This document shows positions 9,287 to 17,687 of a stretch of DNA of 64,000 nt, in pieces (position 1 is the stretch's first letter; each line of letters begins with the position of its first letter). The stretch comes from Nitriliruptoraceae bacterium (GTDB taxonomy: Bacteria > Actinomycetota > Nitriliruptoria > Nitriliruptorales > Nitriliruptoraceae). The stretch is from the NCBI GenBank assembly GCA_047610595.1, contig JBLFZR010000001.1, forward strand, positions 25,746 through 89,745, written 5' to 3'. The translations under genes were made by a program, and so were the position numbers. The notes below the pieces were generated by a model that did not search any database, was not told the origin of the DNA, and was given only the letters and a program-made list of their open reading frames with translations.

Positions 9287-10819
9287 TCACTCCTCCTCGT
9301 CAGCCTCCGGCGCGGCCTCGTCGGTGGTGGGCGCCTCAACGGCGACCTCCTCCGTTACCTCGGCAGCAGCCTCAGGGGCGATCGCCTCAGGGGCGATCAC
9401 CTCTGCGACCTCAGCGGCGACCTCAGCGGCCGGCTCGGGGAGCTCGGCCTCTGCGAGGGCGACCTCCTCGGGCGACGGTGCGTCGGCACCAGCAAGACGA
9501 GCGCTCGCGAACGCGGCGGCCATCGCACCACCGGCGGCCGGTGCGGCCTCCGACTCGGCTTCGGACGAGTACGCCGTCGAGACGGTCGGCTCATCGCGGT
9601 AGCTCACGTTGGACGTGTTGGCTGCCGCAGCGGCCTCCGGCGACATGGCCTGCTTCAGCGAGAGGCTGATGCGGCGACGCTCGGTGTCGACATCGATGAC
9701 CTTGACCTCAACCTGGTCGCCGACGTTAACGACGGCCTCCGGGACCTCGACGTGACGGTCAGCCAGCTCGGAGATGTGAATCAGGCCCTCGATCCCATCA
9801 GCGACCTTCACGAAGGCACCGAACGGAACAAGCTTGGTGACCTCGCCCGGAACGATCTCGTTCACACCGTGCTCGCGTGCGAACTTGTTCCACGGGTCTT
9901 CCTGCGTGGCCTTGAGCGACAGCGACACGCGCTCGCGCTCGAGGTCGACATCCAGAACCTCGACCTTGACCTCGTCGCCAACCTCGACAACCTCGGACGG
10001 GTGGTCGATGTGCTGCCACGACAGCTCGGAGACGTGCACCAGGCCGTCAACGCCACCAAGGTCCACGAAGGCACCGAAGTTGACGATGGACGAGACGACG
10101 CCCTCGCGGACCTCGCCCTTCTGGAGCGACGTGAGGAACTCGGAGCGGAACTCGCTCTGGGTCTCCTCGAGGAACTTACGGCGCGAGAGCACGACGTTGT
10201 TCCGGTTGCGGTCCAGCTCGATGATCTTGCACTCGAGCTGCGTGCCGACGTACGGGTCAAGGTCGCGGACGCGACGCATCTCGACCAGCGACGCGGGCAG
10301 GAACCCACGCAGACCGATGTCGAGGATGAGACCACCCTTGACGACCTCGATGACGGTGCCGACGACGGTGGAGTCTTCGGAGTAGATGCGCTCGATGGTG
10401 CCCCACGCGCGCTCGTACTGGGCGCGCTTCTTGGACAGGACGACGCGACCGAGGTCGTCCTCCTTGTGCATGACGAGCGCCTCAACGACGTCACCACGCT
10501 GTACGACATCGTTGGGGTCCACGTCGAGCTTGATCGACAGCTCGCGGGCCGGGATGACGCCTTCCGACTTGTACTGGAAGTCGATCAGGACCTCGTCGGG
10601 GTCGATCTTGACGACGACGCCCTCAATGATCTTCCCCTCCTCGATGATCTTCATGGTGCCCTCAAGGGCAGCCTCGAAGTCCTCGTCGGAGATGTCGAGC
10701 TCGACGATTGACTCGCCGGTCGATGTCATCTGGCCACCCGGGTTCTGGCTGACGACGAACTCGTCGGTGGCCTCCGGGTTGGACTCGTACTCGGGCGTGG
10801 TGGTGGTGGTATCGCTCAT
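9287..10819 (-). CDS. rpsA: 30S ribosomal protein S1 with Ala/Glu-rich C-terminal extension
   Basis: Repeated S1 domains (GKIIEGVVVKIDPDEVLIDF, GTVIEVVKGGLILDIGLRGFLPASL, REGVVSSIVNFGAFVDLGGVDGLVHVSE, VPGEVTKLVPFGAFVKV). Start at ATG 10819 or 10828. Confidence 0.95.
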   Translation of the reverse strand: MSDTTTTTPEYESNPEATDEFVVSQNPGGQMTSTGESIVELDISDEDFEAALEGTMKIIEEGKIIEGVVVKIDPDEVLIDFQYKSEGVIPARELSIKLDVDPNDVVQRGDVVEALVMHKEDDLGRVVLSKKRAQYERAWGTIERIYSEDSTVVGTVIEVVKGGLILDIGLRGFLPASLVEMRRVRDLDPYVGTQLECKIIELDRNRNNVVLSRRKFLEETQSEFRSEFLTSLQKGEVREGVVSSIVNFGAFVDLGGVDGLVHVSELSWQHIDHPSEVVEVGDEVKVEVLDVDLERERVSLSLKATQEDPWNKFAREHGVNEIVPGEVTKLVPFGAFVKVADGIEGLIHISELADRHVEVPEAVVNVGDQVEVKVIDVDTERRRISLSLKQAMSPEAAAAANTSNVSYRDEPTVSTAYSSEAESEAAPAAGGAMAAAFASARLAGADAPSPEEVALAEAELPEPAAEVAAEVAEVIAPEAIAPEAAAEVTEEVAVEAPTTDEAAPEADEEE

Positions 10820-11051
10820 CGGGAACATGGACCTCGTGTGTGGGTGCACCGGGGCGCAGGACGCGGCACGGCGCCCGACCGCGTGGCCTTCGGCCCGATG
10901 CACATGACGGTTCGTCATTGTGGTGCGGGCAGGTCGAAGGCCGGCTGGTGGGCCGGGACCGAGCAGGGTCGCATGTCGCAGTGCGAGTGTCAACGTGCCG
11001 CGACGGCGTGGCAGGCTGTGCGCACCTACCGACCGGAGCCCGACCGTGCCC

Positions 11052-11123
11052 CCCGACGCCCTTCCCCCCGTGACGCCCGACGCCCTTCCCCCCGTGACGA
11101 CCGACGCGCTGGCCCCTGTGACG
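11052..11123 (+). repeat. 3 x 24-bp tandem repeat (two identical units, third degenerate)
   Basis: CCCGACGCCCTTCCCCCCGTGACG at 11052..11075 and 11076..11099. Degenerate copy ACCGACGCGCTGGCCCCTGTGACG at 11100..11123. In frame with tag, reading PDALPPVT x2 then TDALAPVT. Confidence 0.9.
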
Positions 11124-11135
11124 CGCGATGGGCTG

Positions 11136-11705
11136 ATGCGCGGGGCCGACGGTGTGGTGCGCTGCCGTTGGACTGGCGCAGATGCGCAGTACGTGGCGTA
11201 TCACGACACCGAGTGGGGGCGCCCTGTGCACGACGACGTCCGGCTGTACGAGAAGCTGTGCCTCGAAGGGTTTCAGGCCGGCTTGTCATGGATCACGATC
11301 TTGCGCAAGCGCGAAACCTTCCGTGAGGTGTTCTACGGCTTCGATCCGGAGCGGGTCGCGGCGATGACCAGCGCTGACGTCGACCGATTGGTGCTGGATG
11401 CCCGCATCATCCGGCATCGTGGAAAGATCGAGGCGACGATTACAAACGCGCAGGCGTGCATCACGACAGTCGAGGATGTTGGCTCGCTCGACGCCCTGGT
11501 CTGGTCGTACGCCGAGACGCCGCCGACGCCGCGACGGGTTTCCCTGACCGATACGCCTTCGACGACGCTGGCCTCGACCGCGCTGTCGAAGGATCTCAAG
11601 CGGCGTGGCTGGCGGTTCGTCGGTCCGACCACCGTCTACGCGTTCTTGCAGTCCATGGGGGTCGTGGACGACCACATGGCAGGGTGTCACGTTCCGGTCG
11701 CATGA
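11136..11705 (+). CDS. tag: DNA-3-methyladenine glycosylase I
   Basis: YHDTEWGRPVHDD and EGFQAGLSWITILRKRE motifs. 189 aa from ATG 11136. An in-frame GTG at 11046 would add the octapeptide repeats. Confidence 0.85.
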   Translation: MRGADGVVRCRWTGADAQYVAYHDTEWGRPVHDDVRLYEKLCLEGFQAGLSWITILRKRETFREVFYGFDPERVAAMTSADVDRLVLDARIIRHRGKIEATITNAQACITTVEDVGSLDALVWSYAETPPTPRRVSLTDTPSTTLASTALSKDLKRRGWRFVGPTTVYAFLQSMGVVDDHMAGCHVPVA

Positions 11706-12217
11706 CGCGCAGTACCGTTCGCGGTCGCAGACACCGACCGCCGGACCCCATTGTGCGCCTCCTGCCCTCCCCCGCAGCCCTGCGACGCGCGGCCGGCCGC
11801 CGGGTGACCATCCTCGCCCGCACGCTGCTGCGGGTCGCGCCCGAGCCCATCGGCGACCTCAACAAGGTCCCCGATGACCTGCCTCGAGACACTCTGTTTC
11901 GCCAGCCGTTGATCGCGATGGCCAGCGTGGTAGGCACCCCAGAACGCCTCGAGGACAGTCAGGCGACCGTCACCTTCCGGGTCGTGGTAAAGGACGCCGA
12001 TGGCAAGCGTTGCCCGGACATCCACGTCGAGGCCCGCGTCCGTGGCCCCGAGCGTGAGGCCATCGGTGAGCTGACCACCGACATGCTCGGTGGCTGCAAG
12101 CTGAAGATGACGGGCCCCGTCGGGAGCTACGACATCGAGGTGCTGGATGTCGCAGCCCTCGCGCTGACCTGGGATGCCGAGGCCAGCACCACCACCGCCC
12201 ACGTCAACGTCGCCTAA
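11702..12217 (+). CDS. hypothetical protein
   Basis: 171 aa. Its ATG overlaps the tag stop (ATGA). No family recognised. Confidence 0.55.
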   Translation: MTRSTVRGRRHRPPDPIVRLLPSPAALRRAAGRRVTILARTLLRVAPEPIGDLNKVPDDLPRDTLFRQPLIAMASVVGTPERLEDSQATVTFRVVVKDADGKRCPDIHVEARVRGPEREAIGELTTDMLGGCKLKMTGPVGSYDIEVLDVAALALTWDAEASTTTAHVNVA

Positions 12218-12222
12218 ACCCC

Positions 12223-12270
12223 GACTCTGTCACGCACGGGTGCGTATACGCACGTGAGCGTGACAGAGTC
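12223..12270. terminator. bidirectional hairpin between convergent genes
   Basis: 13-bp arms GACTCTGTCACGC / GCGTGACAGAGTC enclose a second palindrome GTGCGTATACGCAC (12240..12253). It fills the 59-nt gap between two convergent stop codons. Confidence 0.6.
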
Positions 12271-12276
12271 GACAGG

Positions 12277-12948
12277 TCAGCTGAGGTTGGCCAGCAGCGG
12301 GAGCTGCGGGGCGTCGCGCTTGGTGCGCTTGAGCTCCGAGAAGCTCGGGATCTTCGCTGCCGCCTCGATGGCGCGGTAGAACGTCACGCTCTCGGCGGGC
12401 GATGGGACGTCCGAGATGACCGGCCCGAAGAACGATGACGGGCTCTCTCCGTCCGGATCAAACGTGATGATCGGCGTGCCGACGTCCTCCCCTGTGCGCG
12501 ACAGCGCCTCGGTGGTGCCTTCCTCGAAGAGGTGGTCCAACGAGTCATCGTCCACCGCGGACGCGAGCGCCGGGTCGAGCTCCAGCGCGCGCAGAATCGC
12601 GGCATAGTCCACGCCGGTGGCGAGCTGCGCCATGACGGCATCCCAGCCACCCGTCGGCCCGGCCTGCTCCCATGTGGCGTTTCCGATGGCCTCGTACAGC
12701 GGGCCCGCGACCTCATCGCCGTGCAGCGCGGCGGCCGCAGCGATCACGCGGTGCGCGCGGCGTCCGAACCAGTGTCCCTCTCGCATCGGTGATCCCTCGT
12801 CGTACGGGCTGTTCAGCGTGACCAGAGAGATGTACGACCAGCGGACGGTGATGTCCGTCTCGGCCTGCACCACACGCACCCATTTCGCCGTGATCCAGCA
12901 GAACGGGCACGCAGGGTCGAAGAAGAACTCAAGGTCGGGCGAGGGCAT
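12277..12948 (-). CDS. DsbA-like thioredoxin-fold protein, Rv2466c (mycothiol-dependent reductase) family
   Basis: N-terminal FFFDPACPFCWITAKW (CxxC). GEDVGTPIITF...FFGPVIS and FSELKRTKR closely resemble my recollection of M. tuberculosis Rv2466c. Confidence 0.75.
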   Translation of the reverse strand: MPSPDLEFFFDPACPFCWITAKWVRVVQAETDITVRWSYISLVTLNSPYDEGSPMREGHWFGRRAHRVIAAAAALHGDEVAGPLYEAIGNATWEQAGPTGGWDAVMAQLATGVDYAAILRALELDPALASAVDDDSLDHLFEEGTTEALSRTGEDVGTPIITFDPDGESPSSFFGPVISDVPSPAESVTFYRAIEAAAKIPSFSELKRTKRDAPQLPLLANLS

Positions 12949-13143
12949 AGCAGGCTCCGTGCAGCAGGGCGGTGCCGCCGCCGGGAGAGGCGGTGCGGCT
13001 GCACAACGCCGACGCGCGGCCCGCCACTCCCCCCGCGCGGCCTGCGACCGCGAGACAGAACGGCGGCCGGGTGCGGGGCACGGACCTGGGCGCTGTGGCC
13101 GAGCTCGACGCCGGCCCGGCAGGCATGTCCCGTTGCACGCTCC

Positions 13144-14526
13144 TCAGCCAACCGCGGCCGGCTCGATGTTCTGATTGATATGGAACAGATTGCCGGGGTC
13201 GTATGTCGCCTTCACCGCGGCGAGGCGGTCGTAGTTGGCACCGTAGTTCTCGGCGACTCGGTGGTCATCGTCGCCCGACATGAAGTTGATGTACCCGCCG
13301 CCACTGCCCGAGTGGGGGTGGATGGCGTCGTAGTAGTCCCTCACCCACTTGGTGTTGGCGTCGTTGTCGGCCGGGTCGGGCCACATGCCCGCGATGACGG
13401 GCGCGAAGTTCTTGTCGCGGTGCCCGAACGCCGTCTCGTCGGCACCGACCCGCTGGGCGGCACCGTTGATCGAGTACAGGTGCATGGTCGAGCTGACATG
13501 GGGAGTCTTCTTGCCGTGCTCCACGTGGCTGGTGATGGCTTCGTCGCTGAGTTCGGTGACGAAGTCGGCCTTCCAGTAGTGCTGCATGCCCTTAGGCACA
13601 AGCCCGTCGAACGCCGCGTTGAGGGCTGGGAACGGCGCCGGTCCAACATGGTGCGCCTTGACCTCGGCGACGTCGCGTAGCGGCTGCAACACGGCATCCG
13701 CCTCGTCGTGGGGACCGTTCCAGCAGCTCACCAGCGCGCAGAACAGGTCACCGACGCGATCCTCTGGGACGAAGGGCAGCGGAGGTGCGATCTGCCACGC
13801 GAAGAACAGGCCGAGCTCCTCGGGAGCGGTGGCGATGTAGTCACGGTAGAACGCCATCACGGCCGCGGCATCGTCCACCTCGTAGAACATCGGACCGCCC
13901 ACGATGTCGCCGACGTCGTGGAGTTGGAACTCGAAGCTGGTCACGACACCGAAGTTGCCGCCACCGCCGCGCAGGGCCCAGAAGAGCTCTTCGTTCTGGC
14001 GGGCGCTGGCCGTCACCTGACGACCGTCGGCCAGGACGACATCAGCTGACAACAGGTTGTCAATCGAGAGTCCCAGACCGCGTGTCAAGTAGCCGATCCC
14101 ACCGCCCAGTGTCAGTCCGCCGACGCCCGTCGTGGAGATGATGCCGCCGGGCGCGCCCAACCCGAACGGATAGGTCGCGTGGTCGACGTCACCCCACGTC
14201 GCACCGCCACCGACTCGGGCGGTGCGCTTCTCGGGATCGACGCGCACGCTGTTCATCAACGACAGGTCGACGACGAGACCGTCGTCGACGGTGCCGAAGC
14301 CAGGGACGCTGTGACCTCCGCCTCGCACGGCGAGGTCGAGGCCACTCTCAGTCGCCGCCCGAACCACGGCCATCACGTCGGCTGCGTCCATGCAGCGGAC
14401 CACCGCGCTGGGCCTGCGATCGTGCATGGCGTTGTACACCGCCCGAGCCTCGTCGTAGGCGGCGTCACCAGCAGTGATGACCGGGCCACGAACGGCGTCG
14501 GTCAGGCTCTCGATCGTTGTGCCCAT
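13144..14526 (-). CDS. FAD-binding oxidoreductase (FAD/PCMH domain with BBE-like C-terminus)
   Basis: VRGGGHS, TTGVGGLTLGGGIGYL, ALRGGGGNFGVVT, and C-terminal NYDRLAAVKATYDPGNLFHINQNI. ATG 14526 has GGAG 5 nt upstream. Confidence 0.85.
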   Translation of the reverse strand: MGTTIESLTDAVRGPVITAGDAAYDEARAVYNAMHDRRPSAVVRCMDAADVMAVVRAATESGLDLAVRGGGHSVPGFGTVDDGLVVDLSLMNSVRVDPEKRTARVGGGATWGDVDHATYPFGLGAPGGIISTTGVGGLTLGGGIGYLTRGLGLSIDNLLSADVVLADGRQVTASARQNEELFWALRGGGGNFGVVTSFEFQLHDVGDIVGGPMFYEVDDAAAVMAFYRDYIATAPEELGLFFAWQIAPPLPFVPEDRVGDLFCALVSCWNGPHDEADAVLQPLRDVAEVKAHHVGPAPFPALNAAFDGLVPKGMQHYWKADFVTELSDEAITSHVEHGKKTPHVSSTMHLYSINGAAQRVGADETAFGHRDKNFAPVIAGMWPDPADNDANTKWVRDYYDAIHPHSGSGGGYINFMSGDDDHRVAENYGANYDRLAAVKATYDPGNLFHINQNIEPAAVG

Positions 14527-14553
14527 GCTCACTCCAGGCCACGGAAATTTTTG

Positions 14554-14592
14554 ATTATCGCACCCTTACCACGTCATGCCTGCGATGTCAAC
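14554..14592 (-). promoter_or_regulatory. candidate promoter elements upstream of the FAD oxidoreductase gene
   Basis: On the minus strand, TTGACA (14592..14587) and a perfect GATAAT (14559..14554) sit in an unusually AT-rich stretch. The spacing between them is too long for a single sigma-70 promoter, so assignment is tentative. Confidence 0.25.
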
Positions 14593-14768
14593 ACGCGCTG
14601 AGCCGAGCCGACACGTATGGCACAGAACGCGGCAAAGGTGGCCCGCACATGGCGCCGGCCCGTGCTTCGCCACGAGTTGGCTCGAACAGGCGCAAGCCCC
14701 CGCAAATTCAAGCAGCTATGGACTTGCTGGACGCCCTAGTACTTTTTTTTGCGTTTATTCGCCCGGTA

Positions 14769-17444
14769 TCAGTGCTTCTGCGCCTCGTACCAGGTGCTGC
14801 CGTCCGCGGTGTCTACCTCAAGGTCGATCGACAGCGTGGCGACACCTTCCATCTTGGTGATGACCATCGCGCGGACCGTCTCGAGCTCGTCGGCGGGCAC
14901 CTCGAGGATGACCTCATCGTGGACCTGCAACAGCTGACGCGAGCGACCACCCAGCGCACGCAGACCCTCGTCGACCGCGATCATGGCCAGCTTGATGATG
15001 TCGGCAGCGGTGCCTTGTATCGGTGCGTTCAGGGCCATTCGCTCGGCGATCTCTCGGCGTCCACGGTTGTCGGCGACAAGGTCGGGGAGGTATCGGCGTC
15101 GCCCGAACATCGTGGTGGTGTAACCATCCCGCCGCGCCTGCTCCACACATTCGGTGAGGAAGCGGCTGATGCCCGGGAAGCGATCCATGTACGCGGTCAC
15201 GATGCCTTCGGCTTCGCTTGGCGAGATGCCGAGCTGCTGCGAGAGGCCGAACGGGGTCAGCCCGTACGCCAGCCCGTAGTTCACAGCCTTCGCTCGGTCA
15301 CGGATGGTCGAGTCGACATCCGCCAGCGGGATATCGAACACCTTGGATGCCGTGGTGGCGTGAATGTCCTCGCCACCACGGAACGCGGCGAGCAGCCCGT
15401 CGTCCTGCGACAGGTGTGCCATCACTCGCAGCTCGATCTGCGAGTAGTCCGCGACGAGGAAGCTGTCAAAGCCCTCGCCCGCGACGAACGCCTTACGGAT
15501 CTCGCGACCCTCGGCGCTACGCACCGGGATGTTCTGGAGGTTTGGGTTGGACGAGGACAGACGTCCGGTCGCAGCGACCGTCTGTGACAGGGTCGTGTGT
15601 ATCCGCCCGGTGCCAGCGTCAATCAGCTTCGGGAGCGCGTCGACGTACGTCGACAGCAGCTTGCTCGTCTCGCGCCACTCCAACACCGTGTCCACGATGC
15701 GGTGCTGCCCGGCGATCTTCTTCAGCTCGTCCTGTGCGGTGGACCAGCCGGTCTTGATCTTCTTGGTACGGGGCAGTTCGAGCTCCTCAAACAGCACAAC
15801 CTGCAGCTGCTTCCCCGAGCCGACGTTGAACGTGCGACCGGCGAGCTCGTGGACCTCGCCCTCCAGCCGGCCTGCACGTTCGCTCAGCTTCTCGTGCAGA
15901 TCGGCCAGCACATGCGAGTCGACGGCCATACCGACGGCCTCCATCTGCTGCAGCAGCGGCACCAAGGGCAGCTCAACGTCCCGCATCAGCGAGGTCTGCT
16001 CGCGCTCCGCCAGCACCGATTCCAGGTGCTCGGCGAGCTGGCGGGTGGCCTCCGCCCGCAGCGCACGTTCAGCCCAGGGGTCCGGCTCAACGTCAAACGA
16101 AAGCTGATCCCCACCATCGCCATCTCCGGCGACCTCGATGGAGCGCCGCAGGTGCTGGATGCTGATGCGTTCGAGGTCGAAGCTGCGTTGCTCCGGGTTG
16201 CACAGGTAGGCCGCCAGCTCGGTGTCGAGCGTCAGCCCAGCGACCTCCCAGCCCTCCCCCTGCGCGACGTGCAGCAACACCTTGGCGTCATGGCTGACGA
16301 TCGGTTGTGTCTGGTCTGCCAGCGCGGCCGCCAGCGCAGTCCGGTCTTTGCCAGTCAGGACATCGGCACGCACCGATGCGGGATCGCGGTCGGATGCTGC
16401 GAGCCCCAGCGCATCCAGACGCAGGTGCGGAACGCGGTCGCTGGTGCTGCAGAGCACTGCAAGCGGGCTGTTTAGCCCTTCGAGCCAGACGGCCAAACCG
16501 TCCGCTTCAAGCCGTTGCGGCTCCTTCACAAAGCCAGCAGCGGCCTGCTGCTCGACCTCGCCGATGACGTCTGCGAGGAACCGGTCGTACAGCGCCCGGA
16601 ACTCGAGCGTCCCAAACAGCTCACGCGTGCGCTCGGGGTCGTGGTCGCGGCGCGCGACCTCGTCAAGCCCGATCGGGACGTCAACATCTCGTCGCAGCGT
16701 CATGATCAGGAGGTTTGAACGCACCTGCCCCTCATGCTCGAGCAGCATCGCCGGAACCTTCTTGCCGCTGATCTCGTCCACGTGCGCGTAGATGCCATCG
16801 ATGTCGCCGTACGCGTTGATCAGCTTCGCGGCCGTCTTCTCTCCTACGCCGGGCACGCCGGGCAGGTTGTCAGACTTGTCGCCACGCATCGCCGCGTACT
16901 GGACGTACGACGACGGCGCGACGCCGAACTTCTCCTCGACTGCCTCAGGGGTCATCTCGTTGACATCCGAGATGCCGCGCACGTTGTAAAGCACCGTGAT
17001 GTGCTCGCTTACCAGCTGCATCGCGTCGCGGTCCCCCGTGACAACACCGACGCGCCAGCCCTCCTCCACAGCCTGGGTGGCCAGCGTCGCGATGACGTCG
17101 TCGGCCTCGACACCGGGGACGATCGCGACCGGCACCGCGAGGACGTCGAGCACCTGCTCGATAAGCGGGAGCTGTTGACGGAACTCGTCCGGCGTCTTCG
17201 CCCGACCAGCCTTGTACTCCGGGTACGCCGCGGTTCGGGCGATGTCTCGGCCCTTGTCGAACGTGACCACGATGCCCTCGGGCTTGCGATCGGCCAGCAG
17301 CTTGATGAGCATCGCGGTGAAGCCATAGACGGCGTTGGTCACCTGCCCTGTCGACGTCTGCATCTCGGGTGGGAGCGCGTAAAAGGCGCGGTACGCAAGG
17401 CTGTGTCCGTCGAGGAGCAGCAGGAGCGGACGTTCATCTGGCAC
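14769..17444 (-). CDS. polA: DNA polymerase I
   Basis: 5' nuclease LLLLDGHSLAYRAFYAL. Polymerase motif A LVADYSQIELRVMAHLS, motif B RDRAKAVNYGLAYG, motif C LQVHDEVILE. GTG 17444 chosen as start. Confidence 0.95.
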   Translation of the reverse strand: MPDERPLLLLLDGHSLAYRAFYALPPEMQTSTGQVTNAVYGFTAMLIKLLADRKPEGIVVTFDKGRDIARTAAYPEYKAGRAKTPDEFRQQLPLIEQVLDVLAVPVAIVPGVEADDVIATLATQAVEEGWRVGVVTGDRDAMQLVSEHITVLYNVRGISDVNEMTPEAVEEKFGVAPSSYVQYAAMRGDKSDNLPGVPGVGEKTAAKLINAYGDIDGIYAHVDEISGKKVPAMLLEHEGQVRSNLLIMTLRRDVDVPIGLDEVARRDHDPERTRELFGTLEFRALYDRFLADVIGEVEQQAAAGFVKEPQRLEADGLAVWLEGLNSPLAVLCSTSDRVPHLRLDALGLAASDRDPASVRADVLTGKDRTALAAALADQTQPIVSHDAKVLLHVAQGEGWEVAGLTLDTELAAYLCNPEQRSFDLERISIQHLRRSIEVAGDGDGGDQLSFDVEPDPWAERALRAEATRQLAEHLESVLAEREQTSLMRDVELPLVPLLQQMEAVGMAVDSHVLADLHEKLSERAGRLEGEVHELAGRTFNVGSGKQLQVVLFEELELPRTKKIKTGWSTAQDELKKIAGQHRIVDTVLEWRETSKLLSTYVDALPKLIDAGTGRIHTTLSQTVAATGRLSSSNPNLQNIPVRSAEGREIRKAFVAGEGFDSFLVADYSQIELRVMAHLSQDDGLLAAFRGGEDIHATTASKVFDIPLADVDSTIRDRAKAVNYGLAYGLTPFGLSQQLGISPSEAEGIVTAYMDRFPGISRFLTECVEQARRDGYTTTMFGRRRYLPDLVADNRGRREIAERMALNAPIQGTAADIIKLAMIAVDEGLRALGGRSRQLLQVHDEVILEVPADELETVRAMVITKMEGVATLSIDLEVDTADGSTWYEAQKH

Positions 17445-17687
17445 GGAGGACCTCAGCGAGCGTGGCGAAACACCAATCGTAGGCGGCCCCCTACCCGGCG
17501 CTCCCAGAGGTCGTACGTCCGCGCGCGTCACTCACTCGAGGTTTGGCTCGATCAGGGTTCGCAAAAACGTCGCGATCGCCCACACGTCGATAGAGCCCGT
17601 GCTTGACACCGACCATGCGACCTCGACCAGCCCGAGGAACGGCCCGCCTGGGGCTTTATCCGGCGCCAGCACATCACCCAACACAGC

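Noticed and set aside
9137-10711. 524-aa plus-strand ORF
   Set aside because: It is entirely antisense to rpsA. Its translation is Arg/Gly/Leu/Asp-rich low-complexity sequence, typical of the mirror frame of a high-GC gene, and it has no motifs.
11040-11125. C-rich repeats as a possible 6C-type sRNA
   Set aside because: The C runs are not presented in hairpin loops, because no complementary arms flank them. The pattern is a simple direct tandem repeat.
14670-14700. tRNA-like T-loop (GGCTCGAAC)
   Set aside because: The flanking bases cannot form a T stem and no acceptor or anticodon arms can be drawn. A similar GGGTTCGCAAA near 17555 fails the same test.
14517-15587. 356-aa plus-strand ORF
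   Set aside because: It is antisense to the polA 3' region and shows no motifs.
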